Source: Adineta vaga (taxonomy: Eukaryota > Animalia > Rotifera). From it: DNA of 64,000 nt. The notes below the pieces were generated by a model. That model ran no database searches. It saw only the letters and a program-made list of their open reading frames with translations, and was not told the origin of the DNA. Shown in pieces: positions 36,901 through 49,575 of this stretch; within the stretch, counting starts at the first letter, position 1; every line of letters begins with the position of its first letter. The stretch covers positions 8,221,488 to 8,285,487 of the forward strand of contig CP075497.1 in the NCBI GenBank assembly GCA_021613535.1, in the 5' to 3' direction. The position numbers and the translations under genes were made by a program.

Positions 36901-39900
36901 CAAAGGAAAAAAATCAATCACTACTGTTCTCTATTCAAAATGAACTCTTTACCACCGCTGATCATTAACACACGAAATCATAACAAACGAGCGTCACTTA
37001 CAATGCTTGCACAATCGAATAGGTAAGCAAATGTTTCTCAATTATCATATTTATTTCTAACGAAATACGAAAAAGAAAATGTTAGTCTTCAATTTCATTT
37101 CATATTCAAAAGATCGAATATCTTCATTTTTGACATTTTATTTCTTAGCGTTATCAAATCATCATCTTTGGTCAATGACTATTTTGTCAAATTTTATACA
37201 TCAAACCATTGTTCAATGTTCGATGAACAAATAAATTCGAACAATCAAAGAAAAGATGATCAGAATCAAGTAAGTAGCCATGTCCAATCTATTTTCGTAA
37301 AAATAGAGAAAGATAAAAAGAAAAGACAATTTGATATGCCTAAAAGCGAAATTTGCCGTTTTTCTTTCTCTTCTCATAATGGTTATCGATGTCTTTTCTT
37401 CTTTCTTCTCGCTCTATAACCTTGCACACTCAAATATTTGTCTCGTCTTCTTTATTGCATGAGTTGTTATTATAGTATTGCCGTTCTGTTGTCATCACTA
37501 ACACTTCATCGAATTTTCAACCTGCTAGTCTTGCGAATAATCATCGACATCATCATTATACAAAACGATATCGACGTTGTGAATACATATCAAGGTAAAA
37601 ATATTTCAACGTTTTTTTTTCGATCAATGATGACATATATTTTTGTTATCACTCTTTCATTTCTTTTCTATCAATAACTTGAATAGGTTATTTCTATAAT
37701 CTGATAAATGAAAATCAGTAGAGAACATTTGTGTATGAACATAAATCATCAATGAAGAGAGTTAATGTCTTATCTATTGAAAAGTCCAATCATGAACATG
37801 GTCTATCCCTGTCTCGACGTGTTGAAAAGACAAGATTGAATAAGTAATAACGCAAGGTCAGCTGTTCTACTATCCGATGAGTGAGTAGACATAGATTATA
37901 AGACAGTCTTACTTTGAACTTATTCCGCTGTCAATATACGATGATCATCTAACTGTTGCGATCATTAACACTTCTCTGCAAGTATGTCTAGTCTTAAACT
38001 TCTCATTCGATGAAGTCAAATAAGGCGGAGTGGGCTAATTCTTTAAAATAATCCGATTAATTTCTGTAAGATATCTTCGTACACATTTGAAAGGTTATTC
38101 ACATTGAGTGGTCATAGATAGATCATTATTATCTTTTATACACTCTCTGCATGTTACGCATTCCATTCATGCTTTAGAATTTCTTTCTTTCTTTACAAAT
38201 GCACATGCCGATTAATGAAGCGATTAATCATAAGATTCGATGGGGGAAACCAAATTTGACTCGTATTTGTCTCTGTATTCGATTTACACATCCGTTGGTT
38301 AGTGTCATTGTTGCCTGTGTGAAGGACATATCGTGATCTTAATTTACTTCATCGTTTTATTATCAGCAACAAAAACGCGGAAATCATATTCGTCTTCATT
38401 CATAACGAGCGGCAGCTATGAGCAATTCCGTTATGTATTTGTTCTACTGACCATTACCATATTAAAATCTTAGTTCCTATTTTCTATTCAATAAGTAAGT
38501 AGGCAAGAAGGAACAGGAAGAGAAAATATAAGCGTATATGTCGTTTATTAGTTAGGCAATTGGTTCTTTGTGTGACACCTCTCTTGTTCACTGTTAAACG
38601 TGCATTCTTTTCCTTTCTTTTTCATTCTTCGTTAAATCAAAAGATGATTTTGAACTCGGATGTATGTACTGTGCTCGAGCAACTACTTTGCCTGATTACA
38701 TCATTTTCATTGCCTCACTATATCTCAGATGTTTTGTTGACTTTAAGGTAGATTGTTACATAGAAAATTTTCTTCGAGAAGAAAAAAGAAACGTAACTTT
38801 TCCCTTCTTCTTCATCTTGTTCTCGAACTGATTTATTTTACTTTATCAAGGTTGAGACTTTCTTTTTTCTTCTTCTCAGATACATTGAAATCCTTGATAC
38901 TTGTTTTACAGAATATTGATGACGGGTATATGTTGTTTTTTCTTCATAAGAGAAATCAATTACTTGCTCTTGTCGCTTTTAATAATAATAGATTTGTTCT
39001 TCTTTTGAAAAAAAACAGATTCTCCTCGTATGTCATTTTGATAAACACTAGGCGTAAAAAAGTTCTTTATCTCTCTCGTTGACAACATAGACTATTAAGA
39101 AAAAAACACTTGCTAGTTACTTTAGATTTCATTAACCATGAATATGAAGTAAACATAACCTAGCCGAACAGATCTACTCGTGCGTATGTAACCAAGGACT
39201 AAGTGACAAATTAAAATAACAGCATGTGTTCGTTTTTAATTAATATTAAGAAACACAAAAATAAATCATTCTTTTTTTTCTATCTAATTCCAAGGTTAAA
39301 TAAATAGGTTATTTTGTTAGGAAGAGAATGAATGGACAGATAGATTTCAAACGAAAGCAACTCATTTTCATAGGAGATTGTTTCAATCGAGCATAGATGC
39401 CAAGATGGTCTTGAATCTTTATCAATACTTGTCATCTCGTATCTTTTCTCAGTCGATTCGCCAATTGACTTGTCATCAGAGATGAATAAAGAAAAAACGA
39501 AGAAGCAAATGCCTGGTTTTCTAATCTAGACAAATTGTTAGTAGCGGGTCAACTCGTCACAAATTCATCTATAAACAATGTCGAGAATAGAATATGCCCA
39601 TCAACTATGATGAGACATCATCACTTACTTTTGCTTCTTAGAAACAATCTCTACATTGAGTTTCCATTTTCTTTTCTGTCTTTATACATATATCCTTCAT
39701 CGTTAACAAATTACGAGATACACTGTCATCTGATCTACTGATTGATCGATGACGGTTGTTGTTGTTGTTGTTGTTTTCTCTTTCGACATGCTCTTTGTCG
39801 CCATCGAAATTGAGTTAATCTGAGCAAAGAGTAAAAAAAAAGAAACTTCATTAGTATGCATATGAGATGGACATATCTTGAAATCAGCAGTATATCATAC

Positions 39901-40273
39901 AAGAGTGCTGTTTGTATAAATATATATATATATGAGAAAGAACGACATATTTACATAGCATAGTACAGTGATGAAGTCATCTTTTATATATATATATGTA
40001 TATCAGCGAGTGAAATTCAATACTTGTCGAAGAATGTCAGTAGAGATCGTGTATAACCTTGTAGATACGTGTTCCATACGTATAGTTGTGATGTATATTT
40101 GCTTTTATATTACTTCTGTACTTGCGTCACTCAGTATAACAAAAGAGATGACACATTTCTTTCTTTTTCGCTTCTCTCTTCTCTTCTCGTTCTTGGTTTA
40201 ATCAAGTAGAAATTAGAGCCATGTCTTCTTTCATCATTTCATTTGTAGTTTGCTTTCATCGAAACAACGAGTA

Positions 40274-41717
40274 ATGATCGGCGTTGACCAAAAGCATACG
40301 ATCGGACTTATGCAACAACAAGAACAAACGCCTTTGTCTTCCTCACTTGTCCATCAATTTCCATTGTCCACTTCTCCAGATTTGACTTCAAGTATTTATG
40401 ATAATACTCATCATCAAAAGAAGTTTATCTCATCATCATCATCATCATCATCACAAGTAAGAAAAAAAAATATCAAATAACACATGTCTATGACTCTCAA
40501 GTTAATCGAATACATAAACTTAGCAGAAAGCGGGAGAGAGAGAAAAAAATAAGAGAAGAATGTCAGCATCTTCTTTTTTTCTCGATTGACCGATGCAATT
40601 TATTTCTATTCATTCAATTTTATCTCTATTAAATAACTAATACATTAGTAATGAAAAGCGTTGTGTCCCAACCGAATTACCAATGAGTTTTGAGACATGA
40701 TAAAAGAATTCATCGTTTTTTTTTCTGCATTGTTTTGTATAGATTAGACTTGGTCTACGTTGTTCATGTCCATTAGATGACAAGCAACAGCAACTATTTG
40801 ATGAGATCTTCGCTTATAATGAACAGACAACGAACATTAGTGAACGAATATTAGATGAATGTATTCCACGTCTAGCACAGAATTCTTCCAATACTTTAAT
40901 TATACTTTCTGGTCAATACAAAGATTGTAAGAACATATTGTTTGATTGAAATGATTTAAGTATCAAGAAATAAATATCTTATTTTTAGTTTATCAACTTC
41001 AAGCAATAGTTTTATCATCTACATTGACACGTTTATGTACATTTATTAAGGAAAATTCAGAAAAAGATTTAATTATTCGTATAAATGCACAAGAATTTCT
41101 TAGTAATAAAGGTAAATTCATTATTTACAAGTGTAAAGTGTTTTGTTTTACAACGTATCAGTTTTTCTTTTAGTCAAATGTTTATTTTCTTCCGATGATT
41201 TTTCTGTTATTTCGGAAAGTGAACGATATCAATGTTTAAATAATCTCTGCTCTAATCATCGTATTAATCCTTTACTAATTACATTTCATCTTTTGACTCG
41301 TTCATCAAATCTCAATCATGGATCAATCCGTATTCTTCTTACAAATCAAATCGATAATGAAATAGGGAAACAACAATTTTCCGATATATTTATGTCATTG
41401 GCATTATCATTCTCATCAAATCGACAAAAACAAACGTTTTATACATCAACGTAAGTTATACTAATTATCCTATTTTTCTTCGTATGAATGTATTTACCAA
41501 ATGTTTCTCTGACGATTATTTATATAATAGGAAGCGGAATTTAACGACTGGACTATCATTACCATCGATACTAAGCGAATACATCTCGAATCATTCGGAG
41601 CAAACATCGAAAAATTTCTTGTATATATTAGCAAATGTTAAAAATGAGAAACAGTTAAAATATTGGTCAAAAATTCAACGATTATTTCGAGTGAAAAAAC
41701 ATCGATTAAAAGTATAA
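40274..41717 (+). CDS. Hypothetical protein, five exons, no recognised domain
   Basis: Exons at 40274-40456, 40743-40926, 40989-41111, 41174-41450 and 41528-41717, with consistent splice phases throughout. The N-terminus has Gln-rich and Ser-run low complexity. The terminal stop is in frame. Confidence 0.4.
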
Positions 41718-41770
41718 TTTAGAAACAAACAAAAATCTTTTATAATAATTTTATTTATGTCAACTTTTAG

Positions 41771-43846
41771 ATGTCTCGTGAACGATTCGATTCTTATGCA
41801 GATTCATCATCTGGAGAAACAATTACAAATCGAAATAACGAAGAAATTTGGATTGATGGCCCATTAAGTTCAACGAATTCAAAAACGGAAGTTTGGATCG
41901 ATGGTCCACCTGAATTCTGTCCTCATTCAACAAGACTTCATCCTGTTAAATTGACATTGAAGCATCGTTCAAATTCAACGCGTCAATATAAATCGAAATC
42001 TAAACCATCAATATTAAATCCAAAACATCCATTACTTTCTTCAACAATTTCACAGCAAGATGATCAAGATGTTACTTCTCAAAATTTCGATACTGAATCT
42101 GTCGTCAGTTCACATTGTCATCTACCTGTCTTACCCGTATTTAAAGATCATTCATTACTTCCATTTCGTTCTCATCAAACTTTGCCACGAATAAAACCAC
42201 TGGTGACTACTAATTCGACAAAATTAGATCTGAGATTAAGTACAACAAAATTAAATGATGATATGGAAGCATTAGAAAAAACATTGGAAACATTATTGAT
42301 CCCATCACCAATTGTTGTAACTCCAAATGATAGTAGCAATTCATCAAATATGAGTCAATCATTGAATCGAATTGATCAATTATCATCATCAATGTCAAAT
42401 AGTGAAAAAACGAAACGTTTATCTCGTATTGTTTCACCGACACGTTTTGAAAAATTATTTTCGTAAGAAACTTTTTTGTCGCCATTCGATTTTCTTTACT
42501 TATTTCTAATCTTTTAGTAATAATCAATATGTTGATGATATCAATTGGTTACATCCTCTTTCATCATCATCAGTCGGTTCATCAGTTCCTAATTCTCCTT
42601 TAATTAAATCAAAAAATCGTCAAGTACGAACACCAGTAGTTGCAACACCGGAAACTCCTCGTCGTTCAGTCTTACCAACCAAAAAATCTAAAACTCTTCC
42701 TGATCAAAATCGTCAAATCACAGCAACTCATTCTCGTCCTTCCATTTTTCAACGTTTATTCGGTCTACGTTCATCATCTAATTCTCAACAACCATCGTCA
42801 CAGCAGCAACAACAACAACAACCGATATCAATTATTATTGAATCTCCGCCTGCATCACCACTAATCTCACCACTTAGAGTTACCTTAGATTCACGTGACG
42901 ATCTTATGCCTTTAACAACTAGTAGTACTGCTTCATCAGCATCTGGACGTGCCAGTTCAAGTGGTTATGAATCTATGAGTAATACAGTATTCGAAGAAAT
43001 AATCTCATCAATACCAGTCATCGTAGCAAATGAAAATAATTCAATAAAATTAAGAAATAAATCCATACGAAAAGGTATATTTCGAATTATTTTAATAATC
43101 TTATAACAACTTAATAATATCTTTTACTAGTCGAACTAATTTTCTAGAGCTTTTCAACATAGAACATCGTATTCAGACATTTCTGTACTATTCATTTGAC
43201 CTATACAATAAATATCTGAGAAGGTCATTGTAAGAATCCAATGTCTGGCGTCTTACTTAAGTTTAACGATAAATATTTAACTTTCTGTAGAGGTAATTTA
43301 GACATGCAAACTGTACGTTTGCTCAAGGATTGCCTTCGATCATATATAATAGTCAATGTTCACTAAATGTATTATTCTTTGTTACTTTTAGACGAACGAC
43401 GTTCAAATATGAATGCATTATGGAATAGTCCAATTGTAAGTTTGTAAAAAGCAATTAAATATATGCGATTTCTTTCATCATAAATAGCTTCGCGAAAAAT
43501 CGAATCGTCAACAACGTGTTTCTCAATTGAAACATCGTCAAAATGAATTAAAACTTGAATTAGCAATGACAAAAACATTTCTACTTATGGATAAAACCAA
43601 ACATTTTGATTATATTGATTGTAAATATTCGATGACTATCTTGTTTTAATCAATAATATCTTTTCTTTGACTTTTCTAGCATTCAATTCAACAATAAATA
43701 ATAGTCCAATGCATACAAATATGGCAAACACGAATGAAGAAGATGAACTTGAAAGAGATATTGACCATTTAGAACGACGTTTAGCATCTGCTAAATCACA
43801 ATTAATATTTGTCACATATCAAAAAAATAAACAACTCAAATCCTAG
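41771..43846 (+). CDS. Hypothetical Ser-rich protein with a duplicated E-[IV]-W-I-D-G-P motif and a C-terminal coiled coil
   Basis: Exons at 41771-42458, 42518-43073, 43392-43445, 43488-43612 and 43675-43846. The N-terminus reads ...NEEIWIDGPLSSTNSKTEVWIDGPPEF. Ser/Thr/Pro-rich disorder follows. The terminal exons (LREKSNRQQRVSQLKHRQNELKLELAM...ERDIDHLERRLASAKSQL) have a heptad-like pattern. Confidence 0.45.
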
Positions 43847-43995
43847 AATGAAATATCTACATTGTTTCTTTTTCTTTTTTACTTTCTTTATTTGATTTAT
43901 CACAAAAGCAAATCTACTTATTTATAAATAAATGTGCAAAAAGATTAACAGTTTTACAAAACAAAACATTATTATTTGCATGATTTTTTTCATTC

Positions 43996-44016
43996 TAGAG
44001 AAAGAGGAGAGAGAGA
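43996..44016. repeat. (GA)n microsatellite about 220 bp upstream of the intronless polytopic ORF
   Basis: A GAGAGAGAGAGAGAGAGAG run. Confidence 0.85.
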
Positions 44017-44238
44017 GAGAGAGAGTACGATTGATATGTTAAGTACACCTTGCTTGTTATTTGATTACAATCGTCATAACTGCTACTTCATCATTTTTTT
44101 CCTCCGTTCTGTATGACTGAGAAAAAAGACGTGTACGCGTGTGCATTTTTATGAGAAAGCTTATGTAAAATAGAAGGTACATATATTTATATCATTCTTT
44201 GCAGAATATTTTAGTTAAAAAACTCAAGTTGGAAGAAT

Positions 44239-45954
44239 ATGGCTTCGTTACTCGTTTTTCTCATGTACCCTCTTGTTGGGCCATTTGCAATTTTAAAACT
44301 TTATGCAAAAAATCTCATGCGACAAGCTTATGGAAGACAGATTTTACTCAAATTAGCAGCATCTATGGTTAGTTTAGCAGTCGGTTCTCAAATTGCCTAT
44401 AGATATCGTTCGAAACATACATTGATATGGTTAACTAGTGGTTTTTTAGCACTTTTGATGAATTATTGGTATATAATTCCACTTCTTCTAATATACATTC
44501 TTCCTCTGATCAATTATATAATCAGATCTTGGACTTTATTAATCGATTCATTTACTGAACGAATAATTCGTCCGAATAGCACAAAATTTCGTCAACTATT
44601 ACCATCCATATGGACATTTGAATCAAATGAAAAACTTTGGCCGATTGAAAGTATTCGTTTTATGTTAACATATGGTTCAATTGGTCCAGCACTCTATTGT
44701 GGTTACGAAGTCTATTCTCACTTATGTTTTGGTATTAGTTTTAATTTATTCATTGCAATTGGTATAACAATTCTTGTTACAACAACATTATGGCATCTAC
44801 TTGACGCGATTGATCGTGATCTTTATCCATTTATATTCGCAATTATTATTCAATATTATATCATTCCAATTCGATCAGTTCTAAACATTCCCTTAACATT
44901 ATTATTAACAACATTTTTATTTCCATTTCTAAATAATCTTTTAACAAGTAATTCAATACAAGAATTTATACAAAATATCAAATTATTAAATTTTCGAACA
45001 TTTATCGAAGGAAATCAAAATTACAAACAATTTTTTACAGAATTTGTTAATCTATTTCTTACAATTTATTTCACATATAAAATTTCAATCATATCAATTA
45101 ATAGTCATGTATCTTATTTCTTAATTCTTTCAATGATTCTAGTTTTACCGATGTATTTTTATACGAAATTAATTCGTTTTATTTCTATTGAACCAAATAC
45201 AATCATGTTTTTATTTTCATCATTTCTTTTAAGTAAAGATATTTTACAACGTCGATTGAATGATCATTTTATTTATAAATATTTTCTTCTAACTATGATT
45301 TTAACATTCTATTTCGCTTTTATTTATCCTTTATTGTATCATCTATTACGTCGTTCAATAATTAAATCTGCACATCGAATTGGTTTGAAATTAAAATCTT
45401 TTCGAGAACAAATCAATCAACTTGCACATCAGTTTAATGAACAATATTTACGTATAACATATATTCATGATCAATCAAAATACTTCATTTTACATTTATG
45501 TAATCTATTTATTGCAAGTTGTTTGTTGTTCATTCTTCCAATAAATGTTTTATTACGTGTAATCTTATCTTTATTAAGTTATTTACTTATTGGTCGATTA
45601 TTATTAGCACGTGGAATAGAAATTCTTGCAATTGTTATATCACTTTCGACAAGTATAACAGCCGGTGCTGATGTTTATGCTCGATATAATAATTCAATTC
45701 TCATAACAATGTCAATTGCTTTGATTACATATATTTCGACACTACTGATTGCATTTCCAATAATCTATCGTTTGATACAATATTTTATTACACATTTACC
45801 TTTAATAAACTATTTTGATTGGTTTTTACAAAAGATTTTCTCATTTACTTGGTCATATTTCGATATCATTTGGCGACATATAAACTCGAGTTTTAATGAA
45901 GTTAAAATGAAGATCGAACAATCAAGATTGAATATATTTCGAAATAGACAATGA
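44239..45954 (+). CDS. Intronless polytopic membrane protein (about 12-14 predicted TM helices), family unknown
   Basis: A single uninterrupted 1716-bp ORF. Chance ORFs of this length are very unlikely in AT-rich DNA, where stop codons are frequent. About 14 hydrophobic stretches of 18-25 residues are separated by short basic loops (for example RYRSKH, RRSIIKSAHR, RNRQ at the C-terminus). Confidence 0.6.
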   Translation: MASLLVFLMYPLVGPFAILKLYAKNLMRQAYGRQILLKLAASMVSLAVGSQIAYRYRSKHTLIWLTSGFLALLMNYWYIIPLLLIYILPLINYIIRSWTLLIDSFTERIIRPNSTKFRQLLPSIWTFESNEKLWPIESIRFMLTYGSIGPALYCGYEVYSHLCFGISFNLFIAIGITILVTTTLWHLLDAIDRDLYPFIFAIIIQYYIIPIRSVLNIPLTLLLTTFLFPFLNNLLTSNSIQEFIQNIKLLNFRTFIEGNQNYKQFFTEFVNLFLTIYFTYKISIISINSHVSYFLILSMILVLPMYFYTKLIRFISIEPNTIMFLFSSFLLSKDILQRRLNDHFIYKYFLLTMILTFYFAFIYPLLYHLLRRSIIKSAHRIGLKLKSFREQINQLAHQFNEQYLRITYIHDQSKYFILHLCNLFIASCLLFILPINVLLRVILSLLSYLLIGRLLLARGIEILAIVISLSTSITAGADVYARYNNSILITMSIALITYISTLLIAFPIIYRLIQYFITHLPLINYFDWFLQKIFSFTWSYFDIIWRHINSSFNEVKMKIEQSRLNIFRNRQ

Positions 45955-47782
45955 ATTAAACGATATTTTCTAAGTTATATGTTTTGATTTTATAATTAAT
46001 CATGCATGACCAACAAATATATGCAAGGTCATACAGTTTCTTTATCTTGATATGCAATTAAAAAGAAAGTCGATTTTGTCATAGATTTCTTCAATGAAAA
46101 CAATGGTTAAAGTTCTATGCTTTCTTTAGTTTGTTTGGATATAACGATTGAATAGGTCTTCATAGAATATTTTAATCGAAAATATAATAGATCATTCATT
46201 CGTTTCTTTCGTTAAAGTCATGTTATACTATGATTGTATTTATTTTTTTACATTCATCAATCGTTTTTACTTTGATTTTCAAAGAATATCAAAATCAATT
46301 CTGTTTGATTAGGAATAACATATGACTTCTCGTTTATCGTCTCATCTTTAATTCATTTTCCCAACAGGTTAGAGTTTTGATTACTTTCGAAAGTCATTTC
46401 TCTTCTTATGGCCTCTCAGTGCCTATAAGCTATAAACATCTATTCCCTGCTGTTATCACAATTTGTTTATTCGGACATGGGTCAAAGATGAATATAGCAG
46501 GAGTTAAATGCCATTTAATTAGTTCTTTATATATATTTATTCGAAGAATAAAACAAGAACAAGATTGCAGGTCAAAAAGAAAGATTTCGATATATATGCA
46601 GCAGTAGTACTATTCATTGTGTCGCGTGTCTACCATGGATGTCTGAGTGTCATTATTCGTAATTGGAGAAGCGCTATATCTTCTTACTAGAGAGTAACTT
46701 TTCTTGTCGCTCGTTTGCTTGCGTTCATGACCTTCTTTTCTCCTTTTCTCTTTTTTTTCTTTCTTGCACAAAAGTTCATCCTGACGTTGCTGAACGTTCA
46801 CTGTTCATTTATATACGTTGGCAAACGATGGAATTCGTTCTCTTCCCGTTCAATGTAGAAAAAATTTTCTCTTCTTTTTTTTGTTCTTTATCTTCTTTTT
46901 TCCTCTTCGTCTCGTATGGTCGCTAGAATAAATGAGAATTATTGACGAGGTACTTTTTTTTCATACTAGAAATATGTTTAACAACCATCTCTCATCTGCG
47001 TTCGCGTAAGAAAGAAAAAGAATGAGAGAGAGAAAGTTTGATATATGGTCATCGTCTCTTGTTTGTGTTTGACGCCCGAATGCTTTTGATATGATGAGGT
47101 GAGGACAATAGAATAATATAAATGATTGAACGAGGTGTGATAGTCGGAACTGTATACTTCAAAACATTCGGCACTAAAGGGCAGCAGACATACAGCATAA
47201 GTAAAATCCAACGAAACAAAAATCGATTTACATTCAAAAAATAAATATTTTTTTATTATTATTTAAAAGGTCTTTGCCTTGTCCCTTATGGCCATGATTA
47301 GATGTTTTTTAATTAAATGTTTTGCTTTATAAAAAATAAATTGATATCAATAGTTATTGTCTGTACGGTTTTTCGTTTGTCTTGTCATTGTACATAAATG
47401 TTTTGTCGATTTATATCGAGGACAAGGAAATGTTCCGATCGAGAGAAAGAATTTTAGTGATATCGTGCGCGTAACTTCGTTGTCATCTGTTTCTTTTTAT
47501 ATCTAATGTTTTCTAGCTTTTTATTTGCTAAAGCATACATCCTCATACTATAAAGACAAATCTAACATTGAGTTGACCATCTGGCGATGCTTTCTCGTTT
47601 CTTCTCGTCTGTTCATTTGACTCTTGAGGGTCGAACACAAATGTATATATATATGTACGTATGTATGTATGTTCGTGCTGCCGTCCTTGTCTCTTCCTCT
47701 TTCTTGTGCCCTACCATTCGTTCGTTCACCCACACTCATTCGGACAATAAAAATCGATCATTTTACGGCGGCTGCAGTAACT

Positions 47783-47798
47783 ATATATATATATATAT
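47783..47798. repeat. (TA)n microsatellite within a CT/TA-rich low-complexity region upstream of the cadherin gene
   Basis: A TATATATATATATATA run. The surrounding 47600-47830 is pyrimidine-rich and simple-sequence. Confidence 0.8.
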
Positions 47799-48025
47799 GT
47801 ATATCTCTCTTCTCTCTTTTTTTCTCCTCTCTTCATGACCGGCTCAATTTGTGGATGGCGAATGAGACTAAGCGTACGGACAGAACTGGTTCATCATCAT
47901 TGAACAGAACAGACACACATCCTTCTTTTCTTCTCTCAACATACTCTACAAGTGTTCGATAGTCTATCGTTAGTGAACTCGACTATTTTCTTTTCCTTCT
48001 TCTTTTTTTTTGTTTTAGAAAATAA

Positions 48026-48948
48026 ATGTATTATCATCATTTAAATAATTTAATAGTTTTATTTTTCCTCGTCCCAACATTAGTAGAGTTATTATCAATC
48101 AAGTCAGATATTTTAATTATACCACAAGATGCTCCACCTGGTTTTGTTCTACTGGAAGAAACAAGGCCTAGTCGAATTGATGAATTTCGACAATGTATAA
48201 ATCAAACTGAACAATTAAATATTAATATCGATGAAAAATATGGTGATTTAATATTAACTAAATCGATTGAAAATCATCTTACTAATCAACAACGACTTCT
48301 TTGTACAATTCATCGAAATCAAGTAAAGAAAAACGATTTTAATGTGAGTTTTGACAATGATCTAATCAAATTGTTAGTTGTCACATTAGGAGAGTCTACA
48401 CGCAAAGTTGTTCATACTAGGCAGACTATTTGTTCAATGAGGAAAGAAATCTATCGGAGAGGTTAATTTGTCTGATTGATGTTTATGTAAAAATAATACA
48501 GATGGAAATATGTATGGGTTTTGTTCTTTGCCTTTTCTAGCCAACGATTTTCAAACTTTACTATACAATTATTGATTCAACGAATGATATTAGTTTTACT
48601 TCACCTATCTATCATGTGGATCCAATATCATTTACTGTACATCGATTTCATAAAATTCAATGTCAGTCATCATCTTTTATTAATTATGAATTTGTTGATT
48701 CATCAATACCATTAAATATCAATCATATAACGGGAGAAATTTCATCGAAAAGTACTTGTCCAAATCTCAACGAAGTTCTCATCCGATGTTTTGATATATC
48801 CAATCGAATGAAAAATGCCCATGCAAAACTAATCTTTGATAAAATTTGTCAAACAAATTCCACTAAACAATCAGATAATAGTTGGATTAATCGAATAGGT
48901 GAAGAACGACGAAAACAAATTCATTTTCAAGAATTAGATACGACTCTG
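48026..48948 (+). CDS. Putative 5' exons of the cadherin gene (signal peptide and prodomain)
   Basis: ORF 48026-48457 begins MYYHHLNNLIVLFFLVPTLVELLS, which is signal-peptide-like. An exon at 48541-48948 is in phase with the RSRR-containing exon that starts at 49576. The junction between 48457 and 48541 could not be put in frame, so an intervening micro-exon or an alternative first exon is possible. Confidence 0.35.
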
Positions 48949-49575
48949 GTAAGTTAATACAATCATCATTTGAGGAGTAGGAAAAGAAAAACAAACCAAA
49001 TCTCGCGTGAGCAATTGATTAGAAAATAGAAATGGTTTATCAATCGTCTGATTACATAAATCAGTTGATGATCTAAGCAAGTCGAGAGATGACTTTAATT
49101 TCCTGTTGAAAAAAGCAGATGAGAGATTTCTTACACAGCTGTCTCTATTGATTTTAGTCGGTGTTTAAAAGAGAACTTTGCGTTATTATCCTAGAATGTC
49201 AATTGAAATACAATGTAAAATAGAAACGAATCGTTCAAAAGAACTCTCTGTTTTCTCTTTCTCAAGAGCTTTTAAACGTATTCATACTTTTAACTATGAG
49301 AATAACAAGAATTATATAATCGATTGAGTTGTATTATTGATCAGTCTGTAAAAGAGAACTGCAAATATTGTTTCTATGTTTCAATGAACATTGTAAGTAG
49401 TTCATGTCTGTTGACACGTTACATCCGTTCACTTTACATACAATCTAATAGAAATATACCTAAAAGCATAGTGTATCAATAGTACCATCATTGTTCTCTC
49501 GATGGAATAAAGAAAATAGAATTAAGATAAATCAAATGATATTGTTTTTATTGATAATTGTTTTTCTTTGTAAAG

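Noticed and set aside
36793-37680. A possible small spliced gene (MNSLPPLIINTRNHNKRASL ... NNHRHHHYTKRYRRCEYISR) with good GT-AG junctions
   Set aside because: Three short exons can be joined in frame, but no downstream continuation or recognisable domain was found. There is too little evidence to call it a gene.
43372-43578. A minus-strand 68-aa ORF overlapping plus-strand exons of the WIDGP-motif gene
   Set aside because: It is antisense to well-phased plus-strand exons and has no start or splice support.
47548-47962. Overlapping ORFs on both strands rich in Tyr/Ile/Cys/Ser
   Set aside because: They are encoded by simple-sequence TA/TG/CT microsatellite-like DNA upstream of the cadherin gene and are not protein-coding.
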